Of a stretch of 64,000 nucleotides of DNA, positions 1-13,730 are shown piece by piece. The notes beneath the pieces are model-generated. The model searched no databases and was not told where the DNA came from. It saw only the letters and a list, made by a program, of their open reading frames with translations. Every line of letters starts with the position of its first letter. Positions within the stretch are counted from its first letter, which is position 1. The DNA comes from Eledone cirrhosa (taxonomy: Eukaryota): the NCBI GenBank assembly GCA_964016885.1, contig OZ024740.1, positions 291,338,001 through 291,402,000 of the forward strand, given 5' to 3'. The translations under genes were made by a program, and so were the position numbers.

Positions 1-1247
1 GGAAATTGACTCTGAAGAAGGATACAAGTATTTGGGTGTTCTGGAGGCTGATGACATCAAGAACAAAAAAATGAAGATAAGAACTGAATACATTCGGAGA
101 GTAAGGAACGTATTAAAGTCACATCTGAACAGTAGGAATGCTATAAGTGCAGTAAATTCCTGAGCTGTGTCTATTATTAGGTACAGTGCGGGAATTCTGA
201 GATGGAATGTTGCTGAACAAAAAGAAATGGATAGGAAGACTAGGAAGCTATTGACTATCTACAACATGTTCCACAAGAGGAGTGATGTCGATAGACTCTA
301 CTTAAGGAGATCTGAAGGTGGAAGAGGTCTTATCAGCATAGAGGACTGTGTTCAGATGGAGAAAAACAACCTACACAAATACGTGACTGATAGTAAGGAG
401 CCAATGCTCAGAACTGTACTGAAGGAGAGGACAATAGACCAGGGGATGTCCAAGGAGGAAATAACATCAAGGAGAAAGAGCAGCCTTCATGAAAAATCCC
501 TTCATAGTACCTTCTTTGAGGAAACTGAATTCAGCGATCCACAGACATGGAACTGGTTGAAAAGAGGAGACCTTAAAAAGGCTACAGAAGGAATGTTAAT
601 GGCTGCGCAGGAGCAGGCCCTCAAAACAAAGGAGGAGGCTAGCCCACTGTGCAGGATCTGTGGAGACTGTGGCTCACATTGTATCCGAGTGTAAACACCT
701 AGCCCAGACTCACTATAAGGGCTGGAGACATGATGTGATGGGCAGGGTGATCCACTGGCACCTATGCAAAGTAAACAATTGACCACATTCTGAGAAGTGG
801 TATGAGCATAAGCCAGAGTCGGTGATAGAAAACGATCAGGTGAAAGTGCTATGGGATTTTAGGATACAGACGGACAAGAAACTGGAACACAATAGACCTG
901 ACCTGGTGGTTGTGGACAAAGAAAAAAGATCGTGCCTGATTGTGGATGTGGCCTGCCCATTCGACACGAGAGTGCAAGAGAAGGAGAGGGAGAAAATTAA
1001 CCGATACCAGGACTTAAAGTGGGAAGTCAAAGTGGTCTCGATTGTCATAGGCGCACTAGGTACTATCTCAAAAAGTTTCCAGGGATGGTTAAAGAAAATT
1101 GGCCCCTTCACGCTTTTTGGAACGCTTCAAAAGGCATGCTTGCAAGAACCCTCCGATACGTCCTGAATATCTGAGGCTGCAGGTAGTGGCTTGATATTCA
1201 TTTCAACAAACTTTCCAGTTAACTAACATCAATGACTGAGACTCAAA

Positions 1248-1248
<1 letters not shown>
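1..1248 (+). mobile_element. Dong/R4-type (RLE) non-LTR retrotransposon, decayed 3' part
   Basis: ORF fragments DRKTRKLL..RLYLRRSEGGRGL, a CRIC zinc motif and VLWDFRIQTDKKLEHNRPDLVVVD (restriction-like endonuclease). Stops and frameshifts present; ends in (TAA)n. Confidence 0.85.
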
Positions 1249-1286
<38 letters not shown>

Positions 1287-1287
<1 letters not shown>

Positions 1288-1647
1288 CGACACGAGAGTG
1301 CAAGAGAAGGAGAGGGAGAAAATTAACCGATACCAGGACCTAAAGTGGGAGGTGAAAAGGATTTGGAACTGCCATGAAGTCAAAGTGATCCCGATTGTCA
1401 TAGGCGCACTGGGGACTATCTCCAAAGGTTTCCAGGGATGGTTAAAGAAAATCGGCCCCTTCACGCTTTTTGGAACGCTTCAAAAGGCATGCTTGCTTGG
1501 AACGGCAAGAACCCTCCGATACGTCCTGAATATCTGAGGCTGCAGGTAGTGGCTTGATATTCAATCCAACGGACTTTCCAGTTAACCAACATCAATGACT
1601 GAGATTCAAGGAATAACAATAACAATAATAATAATAATAATAATAAT
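1287..1647 (+). mobile_element. Second, 5'-truncated Dong/R4 copy inserted in the (TAA)n tail of the first
   Basis: Near-identical to about 961-1248 but retains RIWNCHEVK and LLGTART, which are deleted in the first copy. Followed by (AAC/AAT)n. Confidence 0.8.
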
Positions 1648-2339
1648 GATTTCTTTATTAACCACAAGGGTTTACATAAAGTAGACATTAAGGACAGTAC
1701 AGGACAATACAGGGCAGTACAAATGGGCATTTCTGCGTGTAAAAAAAAGAAACAGAGGATAATAATAATAATAATCTAGTATCTAACGGAAATGGCCAGT
1801 ATAATTTGCATGATATGCATTTGTTTAGAAATGCAAGTAATTAATATATGCTGAGTTCTGCATATATATTTATTTAGCGAGGGCATTCATGACTTTGTTA
1901 TGCCACTAAACATACTTTGTCAGAGATGGCTTACATGTTGCCAGAACATATTTCAATGATGCTTAACATCTACACCAATTACACAGCATTGTGACACCAC
2001 CTAATATTGGCTGGAGACAGGTATACATCATGTACTGTTTAAAGGGAGAAATTGCAGCTTGATTAGCTCTGCTTTTCATAATCTCTTCTCTGACAGCCAT
2101 CTTTGTTCTGCTGTCTACCATGCTCACCAGCTGACCAAGCACACTGGCTTCCAAATCCTACTGAGAAACAAATTAAAATACGGAATACACACTCTTACCA
2201 TCACAACATGAGACCATCACCACCACCACCACCACTCTCTCTCTCTCTTTCCCACCCCTCTCTCTCCCTCTTACACTCTTTACCATTCACTTTCCAGTGG
2301 GATTAAATTCTTGCAAAATGTTTCTTTTTTTTGTTTCAG

Positions 2340-2414
2340 AATAATCTTACAGCAACAGTCAAATATGAACCAGATGTTTTCAGCTTTAATTTTACAGAAC
2401 AATATACAATTAAG
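2340..2414 (+). CDS. IL-17 receptor-like gene, ectodomain exon (NNLTATVKYEPDVFSFNFTEQYTIK); upstream exons are outside the window
   Basis: Acceptor ttttttgtttcag, donor AAG|gtaagg, 75 nt, phase 0/0; joins the next exon in frame. Confidence 0.75.
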
Positions 2415-2467
2415 GTAAGGCATTTTCTCCTCAGGGGAAAATACAGTAGACCTTTTGGTGGTAGTAA

Positions 2468-2469
<2 letters not shown>

Positions 2470-2565
<96 letters not shown>
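2470..2565. repeat. (CAG)n(TAG)n compound microsatellite
   Basis: Read directly from the sequence. Confidence 0.95.
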
Positions 2566-3112
2566 AGTGGGTGAGAGTTAATGTGATAATAAAAAGTGAG
2601 TTAAAATACAGACAGAGCAGATTCCTTCCCTATGGTGGAGAGTGAAACTCACATAACAGGAGTATAATGAGTAAGGGGTCTGATACATCCAGCTTTCATC
2701 TCCTCCATATTAATACCCATTTGATGATGCTTGCATCAATAAGTAGGTTTTATTCCACAGTAAATCACCAGCCATCATGGTGCTCTCTTATTTCCTTCAA
2801 TGATCACTGGGTGAAGAAATGCCAATGTTAAGGAAGACCAAGAAAGACCTGGGCAGGGGTTGTGAGAGCTGACCTAAAATCTCTGAGACTGTACGTGTGT
2901 ATGTGTTTGTGTGTGTATGTAAGTGTCTGTGTATGTATGTATGTAAGTGTCTGTGTATATGTGTATGTATGTGTATGTGCACATGTGTGTGTGTGTGTGT
3001 ATGTGTGTGTCTGTGAGTGCGTATGTGTCTATGCATATGTATGTGTATGGTTATTCTAGAAACCCCTTGTACCTCAGCAAAATACAATTATAGTCTATTA
3101 AATAGGCTTCTG

Positions 3113-3395
3113 TGAAAGTGCATGGCCTAGTGTTTGAATGTTTGACTTATGATCATAATGCCATGAGTTCGATTCCTGGACAGGGTTGTGCATTAAGTTT
3201 TTGAGCAAAACAGTTAATTTCAAATTGTTTCTATACACTCAGTTGAAAATGAATACTAACAGTTGCTGGGAGTTAACCCTGCGATGGACTTGTGTCTTGT
3301 CCAGGGGAGAGTCATATACTCTCAGTCATTTATCACCAAAGAAACCAGAAATAAATACTACTCTGATGAGCCTCTGGACTTGGGACAGACTTTAA
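3113..3395 (+). mobile_element. tRNA-derived SINE, diverged (relatives at about 11899-12220, 18338-18685, 23901-24220)
   Basis: A-box-like tggcctagtg and B-box-like gttcgattcc, then a shared ttgagcaa..ttt..tttca..ttgctc body. Confidence 0.65.
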
Positions 3396-3969
3396 CTTCT
3401 TTTTAAATGGGCTTCTACACAAATTTCTATCTATTCAGTTTCATGTCAGTCTGGGAGTTTGGTAGAATATGTTGTACAATAGGACTAAATCCTGGAACTT
3501 CAAAATTGTAAAACCATCTTCTTAACCGCTCTGCCATGCCTACCCTCATACAATGAGCTAGGTTTTATGTATGGACCCGTATCATCTTATGGAGTTATAG
3601 GGACACCATTGTGACATACAGCATGTCTAGGGCACTTTAAATTTGGCAGAGCTGATTTCCACTTCAGGTCTGAATACAGTAGATTTCCTCTAAAGAAAAA
3701 GAAAAAGAGAGTATAAAAGAGGAAGTAATAAAGCGATATAGAGAAAGTGTTAACTCCAATACTGGACTGGTACATTTTTATCAACCTTAAAGGGTGAAAA
3801 GCAAAGATGAACTTGGTGATGGGATTTGAACTCAGAGAGCAAAGAGAACTAACCTATGTTCTAATGACTCTGCCAATTTGCCACCACAGTGATATAGACC
3901 ACTGTCTTAATAGACAATAAAATCAATTGAATTGAATTATTTTAGAATTAAATATTGCTCTATTTTCAG

Positions 3970-4045
3970 ATTGTATCGATGGTGGAAGATAGAGAAGAAT
4001 TTTTTTGGAGTAAAATATTTGTAATTGAAAACATTTCATTTACCG
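3970..4045 (+). CDS. IL-17 receptor-like gene, ectodomain exon (IVSMVEDREEFFWSKIFVIENISFT)
   Basis: Acceptor tattttcag, donor CCG|gtaaat, 76 nt, phase 0/1; G+AA gives Glu with the next exon. Confidence 0.75.
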
Positions 4046-6249
4046 GTAAATTAAATTTTGTTTCAAATATTCCTATTAAATATTTAACTCATTCATAGCC
4101 ACATTTCTAGTGAAGCACACTGTTAATATGTTTTGATGAATATTTAAAATAATCAAAATTTTTCAATTTGTCCATTATTAATAGGATGTAAGGAATGCAA
4201 CTTAGTAAAATGTTCTTACATAAAATTATGTTAAAGGGTTAAACTATATATTTCCTGCTTTAAAACAGATAGATTTTGTATCATAGTACAAGGATGGTCT
4301 CGAGTGGGTTAGTATCAAAAGGTTGTAGGTTTTTAGTCCCAAATAAAATTTGAGCAAATGTATGTCCAAAAGAATTCCAGTCGTAACCATCTCCATTGTT
4401 TAGGAGTATCTAGGACTACATTATTTCAATGTGTCCTTCTTTGTTTAAGACAAAGGAACTTGATTTGAGAGAGATTTGGCTGCAATTTCAAGCAGGTAGA
4501 GTAACCACATAAAAGCTTCTTCAGTGATTTGATTTGTCTTTTCTTATTTAAGATGGTGAAGTTTATTTGAGGGAGATTTCACCATTATTTTAGCCGGTCA
4601 AGCAACCACATAGAGGCTCTCTTGTTGGCTCATAATGTTTTAAGTTTTATAACTTTAGTGTGTATGTCTTCTATATTTAAGGGTTTCTGATTTGGCACAA
4701 GGCCAAAAATTTGGGGGAGGGGAAAGTTGATTAAATCGACCCAGTGCATTACTGGTGCTTTATTTTGCTAACCTTGGTGTCCTCTACATTAATGCATATT
4801 GTTATTGACTGTTTCCATTCAAATGGTTGATTTAGTAGAGTTGTTGGTTATTTATTCCAGGTCTCTACATCCTGAGTTCAAATCCACATCCTGCTTATAA
4901 GCCAAGGCAGGTAATCAACACATTATGTTTAGATGGTGCAGTTTTGAAATCCTCAAGAGTGGAGAATATATTTATGAAGCTTTAATATTTTGATATTTAA
5001 AATGTTCTAAGTCATTTAGAGTATAGCTTTTATTTCACAACTTCATTACATAAGGATTTTTTACCAATTCCGACTGTTTTGAAGACCATATTCATTCAAA
5101 ACATCAAAAATAATAAGAAATACGAATTTCATGTCAAAATTGAAACTGGTGTAATATTCTCCTCCGAAGTGAAAGTGTTTAATACCTTGTTTACATAGAA
5201 TTTTGAGGTTGGTGAAAATCAATAAAATATTGACCTTGAGTATAAGCCAACCCCAATTTACAATTGATTTTTTGTCACATATTTCTCAGCTTACATACAA
5301 TGGTAATTAGAAAATAAATGTATATCCTGATAAGGTGTTACACCAATAACTCTTTCATGACCATATTTCTAATGAAATACTCTCCTTGTGAGTTTCAATT
5401 ATATTTGAAAATAGTCAAGAATTTGGAAGGTTTTAATAAAATTTCTCATTTTGTCATTATCATGACATAATGGAAGGTTCCTACATGAAATTATGATGGG
5501 ACTTTTAATATAAATGGGGACACTAATGGTGACAGTATGGTGGAGTATGTAGACAGACAAAATAGGAACACTAATGGTTACAGGATTGTGGAATTAGTAA
5601 ACTGTCAGTAAACCAGCCACATCCGGCCAGAATTCTCTCACCTCTTTCCGTTCAAAGTAGCTGTAACCTCTTTTTGTACAAATGGCTGTAACCAGCCACC
5701 CATACTGATGTTAAGGTGTGGTTCTCAAAATAAATGATATCAAAATCTCATAGATTTGATATTATGTGAGATAAAGCCTTTACCGTGAAAATATAATTGT
5801 GAATATAGAGTAATGTATACTTGAAATTGCAGCCAAATCTCTCTCAAAGGGTTAAAATGGCAACACTAAAAGTGATAGGATGATGGAATTGGTAGACAGA
5901 TAAAGTGGTGTGTAGCATTTCTTCTGGTTCTTGATATTTTGAATTTAAATCCTGCCAATATGAACTTTGCTTTTTATCTCTTTAGGGTTGATAAAATAAA
6001 GTACCAGTCAAGTACTGGAGTTGATTTAATCAATTTTGTCGTTCCTCCAAATTGGCTGGCCTTGCATCAAAATTTGAAATCAATATAAATGTGAACACTT
6101 TAAAATGGTTGGTTTGGTATCATAATACTAAAGATCAACTCTGCTGGATTGGTATAATACAGGTTAAAGATTGCCTGATATATTTCAATGTTTTATTCTA
6201 AATAATATAAACACAGCATCTAGTATGCTTTTGTCTCAATACATGTTGT

Positions 6250-9200
6250 TATGGTGAAGTTGGGGTGATTAGTGTTATAGTGGAGATGGTATGATTGGTG
6301 GTATGGTGGAGAAGATATAATTGGTGGTATGGTGGAGTTAGTGTGATTGGTGTAATGGTGGAGATGGTGTGATTGGTGGTATGGTGGATATGGTGTGATT
6401 GGTGTTATGGTGGAGTTAGTGTGATTGGTGTAATGGTGGAGATGATGTGATTAGTGTTATGGTGGGGATGGTATGATTGGTGTTATGGTGGAGATGGTGT
6501 GATTGGTGTTATGGTGGAGTTAGTGTGATTGGTGTAATGGTGGGGATGGTGTGATTGGTGTTATGGTGGAGTTAGTGTGATTGGTGTAATGGTGGAGATG
6601 GTGTGATTGGTGGTATGGTGGAGATGGTGTGATTAGTGTTATAGTGGAGTTAGTGTGATTGGTGTTATGGTGGGGATGGTGTGATTGGTGTTATGGTGGA
6701 GTTAGTGTGATTGGTGTAATGGTGGAGATGGTGTGATTGATGTTATGGTGGAGATGGTGTGATTGGTGTTGTGGTGGAGATAGTGTGATTGGTGGTATGG
6801 TGGAGATAGTGTGATTGGTGTTACGGTGGAGATGGTGTGATTGATGTTGTGGTGGAGATGGTGTGATTAGTGTTGTGGTGGAGATGGTGTGATTGGAGTT
6901 ATGGTGGAGTTAGTGTGATTGGTGGTATGGTGGAGTTAGTGTGATTGGTGTTACGGTGGAGATGGTGTGATTGGTGGTATGGTGGAGATGGTGTGATTAG
7001 TGTTATAGTGGAGATGGTGTGATTGGAGTTATGGTGGAGATGGTGTGATTGGTGGTATGGTGGAGTTAGTGTGATTGGAGTTATGGTGGAGATGGTGTGA
7101 TTGGTGTTATGGTGGAGATGGTGTGATTGGTGTTGTGGTGAAGATGGTGTGATTGGTGTTGTGGTGGAGATGGTGTGATTGGTGTTGTGGTGGAGATGGT
7201 GTGATTGATGTTATGGTGGAGATAGTGTGATTGGTGGTATGGTGGAGATGGTGTGATTGGTGTTATGGTGGAGATAGTGTGATTGGTGGTATGGTGGAGA
7301 TGGTGTGATTGGTGTTGTGGTGGAGATGGTGTGATTGGTGTTATGGTGGAGATGGTGTGATTGGTGTTATGGTGGAGATAGTGTGATTGGTGGTATGGTG
7401 GAGATGGTGTGATTGGTGTTGTGGTGGAGATAGTGTGATTGGTGGTATGGTGGAGATGGTGTGATTGGTGTTGTGGTGGAGATGGTGTGATTGGTGTTAT
7501 GGTGGAGATAGTGTGATTGGTGGTATGGTGGAGATGGTGTGATTGGTGTTGTGGTGGAGATGGTGTGATTGGTGTTATGGTGGAGATAGTGTGATTGGTG
7601 GTATGGTGGAGATGGTGTGATTGGTGTTGTGGTGGAGATGGTGTGATTGGTGTTATGGTGGAGATGGTGTGATTGGTGGTATGGTGGAGATGGTGTGATT
7701 GGTGTTGTGGTGGAGATGGTTTGATTGGTGTTGTGGTGGAGATGGTGTGATTGGTGTTATGGTGGAGATAGTGTGATTGGTGGTATGGTGGAGATGATGT
7801 GATTGGTGTTATAGTGGAGTTAGTGTGATTGGTGTTATGGTGGAGATGGTGTGATTGGTGTTGTGGTGGAGATGGTGTGATTGGTGTTGTGGTGGAGATG
7901 GTGTGATTGGTGGTATGGTGGAGATGGTGTGATTGGTGTTGTGGTAGAGATGGTGTGATTGGTGTTGTGGTAGAGATGGTGTGATTGGTGTTGTGGTAGA
8001 GATGGTGTGATTGGTGTTGTGGTGGAGTTAGTGTGATTGATGTTATGGTGGAGATGGTGTGATTGGTGTTGTGGTGGAGATAGTGTGATTGATGTTATGG
8101 TGGAGATGGTGTGATTGGTGTTGTGGTGGAGATGGTGTGATTGATGTTATGGTGGAGATGGTGTGATTGGTGTTGTGGTGGAGATGGTGTGATTGGTGTT
8201 GTGGTGGAGATGGTGTGATTGGTGTTATGGTGGAGATGGTGTGATTGGTGTTGTGGTGGAGATGGTGTGATTGGTGTTGTGGTGGAGATAGTGTGATTGG
8301 TGTTATGGTGGAGATGGTGTGATTGGTGTTGTGGTGGAGATGGTGTGATTGGAGTTATGGTGGAGATGGTGTGATTGATGTTATGGTGGAGATGGTGTGA
8401 TTGGTGTTGTGGTGGAGATAGTGTGATTGATGTTGTGGTGGAGATGGTGTGATTGGTGTTGTGGTGGAGATGGTGTGATTGGTGTTGTGGTGGAGATGGT
8501 GTGATTGATGTTATGGTGGAGATGGTTTGATTGGTGTTGTGGTGGAGATGGTGTGATTGGTGTTGTGGTGGAGTTAGTGTGATTGGTGTTATGGTGGAGA
8601 TGGTGTGATTGGTGTTGTGGTGGAGATAGTGTGATTGATGTTATGGTGGAGATGGTGTGATTGGTGGTATGGTGGAGATGGTGTGATTGGTGTTGTGGTG
8701 GAGATAGTGTGATTGGTGTTATGGTGGAGATGGTGTGATTGGTGGTATGGTGGAGATGGTGTGATTGGTGTTGTGGTGGAGATGGTGTGATTGGTGGTAT
8801 GGTGGAGATGGTGTGATTGGTGTTGTGGTGGAGATGGTGTGATTGGTGTTGTGGTAGAGATGGTGTGATTGGTGTTGTGGTAGAGATGGTGTGATTGGTG
8901 TTGTGGTGGAGATAGTGTGATTGGTGGTATGGTGGAGATGGTGTGATTGGTGTTGTGGTGGAGATAGTGTGATTGGTGTTGTGGTGGAGATGGTGTGATT
9001 GGTGTTGTGGTGGAGATAGTGTGATTGATGTTATGGTGGAGATGGTGTGATTGGTGTTGTGGTGGAGATGGTGTGATTGGTGTTGTGGTGGAGATAGTGT
9101 GATTGATGTTATGGTGGAGATGGTGTGATTGGTGTTGTGGTGGAGATAGTGTGATTGGTGTTATGGTGGGGATGGTGTGATTGGTGTTGTGGTGGAGATA

Positions 9201-9430
9201 GTGTGATTGATGTTATGGTGGAGATGGTGTGATTGGTGTTATGGTGGGGATAGTGTGATTGGTGTTATGGTGGGGATGGTGTGATTGGTGTTGTGGTGGA
9301 GATAGTGTGATTGGTGTTATGGTGGGGATGATGTGATTGGTGTTTTGGTGGAGATGACATCATCTCCACCAAAACACCAATCACATCATGGTGTGATTGG
9401 TGTAATGGTGGAGATAGTGTGATTGGTGTC
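6250..9430 (+). repeat. 26-bp G-rich minisatellite (GGTGGAGATGGTGTGATTGGTGTTRT), about 120 copies
   Basis: Period 26 read directly (units start at 7085 and 7111); + strand almost C-free. Confidence 0.95.
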
Positions 9431-10592
9431 ATGAAAATGTGAAGATGGGGTGAGTCTGATATTTGGCAGTTATGGTGAAGAAACATCCATTAAAATCTGC
9501 CAAGAATGACTTTTAAATATTAATGTGAAAATAGTTCACTGATTATCCAATGGCATTGGTACTGCATGAAAAACATATAGTTAAGTGAAACGAACCATAT
9601 TTAAGGGTGTGAGCTAAAAATATCATATTTCCCGACGTCGACTACATTATTTTTCTCTTAAAATAAGTCTTGAAAATCTACCATGCAACTTGGCGCCTGA
9701 AGGTTGTGTTTCTCATAGGTATATCCTAACCCCTGAGGACAATTGCCTATACTAGACAGTAATCTGACCTCCTGTATATGATCTCTCAATGAAGTGTATA
9801 AATTATACTTAGTTAAAATAGTAAATAAACAAAATATCATTAAAAATTAAAAAATATCTACACAATCACAAAAATGTATTCCAATATGGGGAGAGTATGG
9901 TAGATGAGACAACTGATAAGCTCTTGTATATCAATATTGCCTGTATTTTTCACTCTCTTCAAAGAACCTGATTTTAAGAGAACATTATTAAGTGACAAAA
10001 GAAGTAAAACTGCAGTATGTTAAAAGGGTTTATTAGCAAATATTAATAACAAGACTTATGTTTATGATTTTTTATTTTTTTTTATTTTTGGTTGTCAAAA
10101 TTGGAGAGTGTCCTTGAGGGCAAAGCATCTTTGATGGCAGGAAATACAGTGATTCTCAATGAATGCAACTCAGACATGTAATTGTAACAACCAAACACCA
10201 GTGAAAAACATTTATTTTATAATGAAGAAATTTATTGTTGATATAACTATAAATTGGTTAAACATACAGAACAAGAAAGCAGTATTAGAAAGGACTATAA
10301 ATGCCATAAATAAAAGGAAAAGAAGGGAAGAGCAAGGACTACTAGACAAAAGAAGAAAGGGGGAAGGGGACAGGGTGACAGACTCTGCTCCTAGCTTATA
10401 GCGGTGTTTCAGCTGTGTCCCATGGACAAAAAGGCAAAGGCATTTCCGTGGTCAATGGCCATCGACTCCTGCTGCCCCAGCTACCCCACCTTCCAAACAC
10501 TATAGTATAACTTTCACTTAAACATTTTGTTATTCAAGTAAGCTGTAATTTCCTGATAATTTACCAAAGTATTTTAATTGATGTCTCTGCAG

Positions 10593-10741
10593 AACCAGTG
10601 GCAATTGAGTGTAAGAAAAATGGAAATCTTTTAGAGATTATCTTAAGAAATTTGAATGAAGGAGCTACACGATATAAAGTATTTATTACTTTGAAAGATG
10701 ATCCACTACTGATACCATTATGTCAACAAACAATCCATGTG
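10593..10741 (+). CDS. IL-17R-like module exon A1 (EPVAIECKKNGNLLEIILRNLNEGATRYKVFITLKDDPLLIPLCQQTIHV)
   Basis: Acceptor tctctgcag, donor GTG|gtaaat, 149 nt, phase 1/0. Confidence 0.8.
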
Positions 10742-10859
10742 GTAAATATATATATATCATCTCATATTTATGTATGGGATAAATGTTTGATTGTGTTGAA
10801 TATAACCATTACTCTCATTATCATTACTGCCATCATTATGTCATTTTTCTTATCCTTCT

Positions 10860-11240
10860 TCTTCCATTTATTCCTTAGAGGGCCGAGGGGGCAGAGTCCT
10901 CAAACAATCCTTCTAACAAGTCCTGTCAGAAGCAACCATCTCCAATGGATCCAGCTGGATCCCCAAGTTAAACCAGCCAAGTTCATGAATGTTATCCAAT
11001 CATCTTGCTCAGGGTCTACCGCTGGGTCTCTTCCTGGTTGGTTTTTCCCTGTAACATCTGTCCAGTGATTCTTTCCTGAGGCATTCTAACCACATGCCCC
11101 TAGTATCGGAGCTGTGATCTCTCAATTCAGAGAAGCAGCCTCTCTACCTGGAGTGACTCTCTGATCTCCGAGCTATGCACTCTATCGAGCAACATTACCC
11201 CAAAGACTGTCGGAGGAACCCCATTTCGGCTGTTTAAATT
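10860..11240 (-). mobile_element. Decayed RTE (Rex3/Expander-like) 3' fragment; relatives at about 12810-13420, 21075-21455, 25015-25660, 54240-54475
   Basis: Shared sequence among copies; related copies read GVKAKLAIFDLVFMSTITYGHES on the - strand. Confidence 0.6.
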
Positions 11241-11603
11241 CTTTGACCTCTTTGTTCTCATTTTCAGTTTAATATTATTTTTCTATGAGAAAAATGGGGT
11301 TTGTAGAATCATTAGAGTATTGGACAAAATGCTTTGCATTATATATATATATATATATATATAAGGCCCGCTACATACTGAGTTGAAATAACGCTAAAGA
11401 CAACATTGGCTTTCATCTTTCCAGGTTCAACAACATCAAATAAAACACCAGTCATATACTGAGGTTCATTTAATTTACTATACTCTCCTATGACTAATAT
11501 CATTATTTTACTATGTTGAAATGGAACAGAGGAAACATCGGGACCTCATACTACCACAACTACTACTACTACTACTGCTACTACTGATACCACTACCACA
11601 ACC

Positions 11604-11635
<32 letters not shown>

Positions 11636-12280
11636 CACCACCACCACCACCACCACCACCACAATTATAACTAATACTGCTGCTGTGGTTGCTTCTGTTA
11701 CTACTACTACTACCACCACCACCACCACTACCTCAACCACTACTACTACTACTACTACTATTACTACTGTTACTACTACCACCACCACTCCCACAAGTTG
11801 TTAGAACGACTCCTCTGGGAGTTACAGGTCCATACATACATACATTCTGATTCTGCCAACTTGCCACTCTTAATAACTTACAAATATTATCACCATTGTG
11901 AAGGTGCATGGCTTAATGGTAAGAGCGTTGGGCTTGCAATCGTGAAGTTGTGAGATCAGTTCCCCAGCCAGGTGATGCATTGTGTCCTTCAGCAAGACAC
12001 TTTATTTCATGTTGCTCCAGTTCACTCAACTGCAGAAATGAGTTATGACATCACTGGTGCCAAGCTGTATCAGCCCTTGGACACCATCATTGGCATGGAG
12101 AGGGGAGACCTGTACACATAAGCGACTGCTGGTCTTCCACAAACAATCTTGCCTGGACTTGTACCTCTAGGTACATATCCCATGGTCATTCTTGACCGGA
12201 GTGGATCTTTACCCTTTACCCTATTATCACCAGTATGTCATATAAAACTGTAATCAAAATTATTACAGTTTTTAACTTAA

Positions 12281-12487
12281 CCCGTTAATGTTCAAACCGG
12301 CCAAAACTGGCCAGAATTCTCTACCTTTTTCTGTTAAAACTGGCTGTAACTGGTCACTCATACTGATGTTAAGGTATTGTTCTCAAAATAAATACTTTCA
12401 AAATCTCATAGATTCGATATTATGTGAGATAAAGCATTTATCATGAAAATATAATAGTAAATATGGAGTAATGTGAATGCTAAAGGG
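12281..12487. mobile_element. piggyBac-type MITE with TTAA target duplication (relatives at about 43261-43483 and 5612-5820)
   Basis: TTAA-CCCG...AAAGGG-TTAA; the paralogous site in copy 2 (24693-24696) has a single TTAA. Confidence 0.8.
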
Positions 12488-12564
12488 TTAATGTTATGTG
12501 ATTTTAAAAAGAAATAGGCACAAATTTTGAAATGTAAAATAAATAGATTTAATTTTGTTTTCAG

Positions 12565-12639
12565 AAAGATCTAACAAAGGTACCTAAGGGGATATTCAAC
12601 AATTCTTGCTTCCAATGTAATCGTGATTATCAAGTAATG
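12565..12639 (+). CDS. IL-17R-like module exon B1 (KDLTKVPKGIFNNSCFQCNRDYQVM)
   Basis: Acceptor ttttgttttcag, donor ATG|gttagt, 75 nt, phase 0/0. Confidence 0.75.
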
Positions 12640-13571
12640 GTTAGTAATTTAAAGACATCTTCAATAATAGTTTAAAATTAGAGGATTGTTTTAGATGATG
12701 ATATATATTATTTTGCTTGTTGTTAACCCTTTTGATACCAACCCACTCACCCAAATTATTCTCTGGTTCTATGAAACAAAGTCACCCATTTTAAAATGTT
12801 CTTTTTCTTCTTCACCCCCTTATTCCTGAAAGCGTTGTGGGACAGAGTGCTCAAACACTCCTTCCAGCAACTCCTGTCAGGAGCAACCATTTCCAACTGA
12901 TCTGGCTGGATCTCCATAGATGTTATCCAACCATCTTGCTTGGGGTCTACCCCTGGGTCTCCTGCTGGTTGGTTTTGCCTGTAAAATCTGTTCAGAGTGA
13001 CTCTCTGATCTCCGAGCTACACACTCTATCGAGTAACATTACTCCAAAGACCCTTTGGAGGAATCCCGTTTCAGCCACTTGTATTCATGATCATATTCTT
13101 TCAGTCATTACTAAGATTCATGATCATAGGTAACGGTTGACATGAATACCAAATCGAAGATAGCGAGTTTGGCTTTTACACCTACCTCTTTCCTGATTAT
13201 CGAATGCTGAACCTGGCACATTATTGAACCAGCTCCAGCAAGTGTTGCACTTAATTCAGTCTCCTGCCTTCCATCACTCATGAACATGGCCCCGATGTAT
13301 TTGAACTTCTTCACCTGCTTCAGTGGAACTCCATTCACATGTAGAGTGCACTGTGCAGGCTTCCTGAAGAGGGTTAGTATCACTGATTTTCATTCCAGCC
13401 ATGCAGCACTTGACATCAAACCTATCAAGTTTAAAATGTTCATTTTTAAATTAAAACCTGTTTACAATGTCAAAAATAAACAGAACCTGATGCTATACCT
13501 TACATTTGTCTTGAAGCTGTCTTGTAATAAACATCATGTTGACTGTATCTCATTCCTTGGATAAACTGCAC

Positions 13572-13730
13572 CATGACTTTAGTGTGATGCTTTCTGACAT
13601 AGATTGAGCTAGTCTTTTAAGCATGACTTTGGCATGACGTTTTCTGACATAGATTGAGCTAGTCTTTTAAGCATAACTTTGGTGTGATACTTTCTGACAT
13701 AGATTGAGCTAGTCTTTGAAACATGAGTTT
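13572..13730. repeat. 50-bp minisatellite, about 3 copies (paralog 25716-26090 has about 7.5)
   Basis: Unit catgactttrgyrtgatgytttctgacatagattgagctagtcttttaar. Confidence 0.9.

Noticed and set aside
10742-11068. Hydrophobic ORF extension after exon A as an alternative membrane anchor
   Set aside because: Read-through into low-complexity intron and an antisense RTE fragment; only relevant if intron retention is shown.
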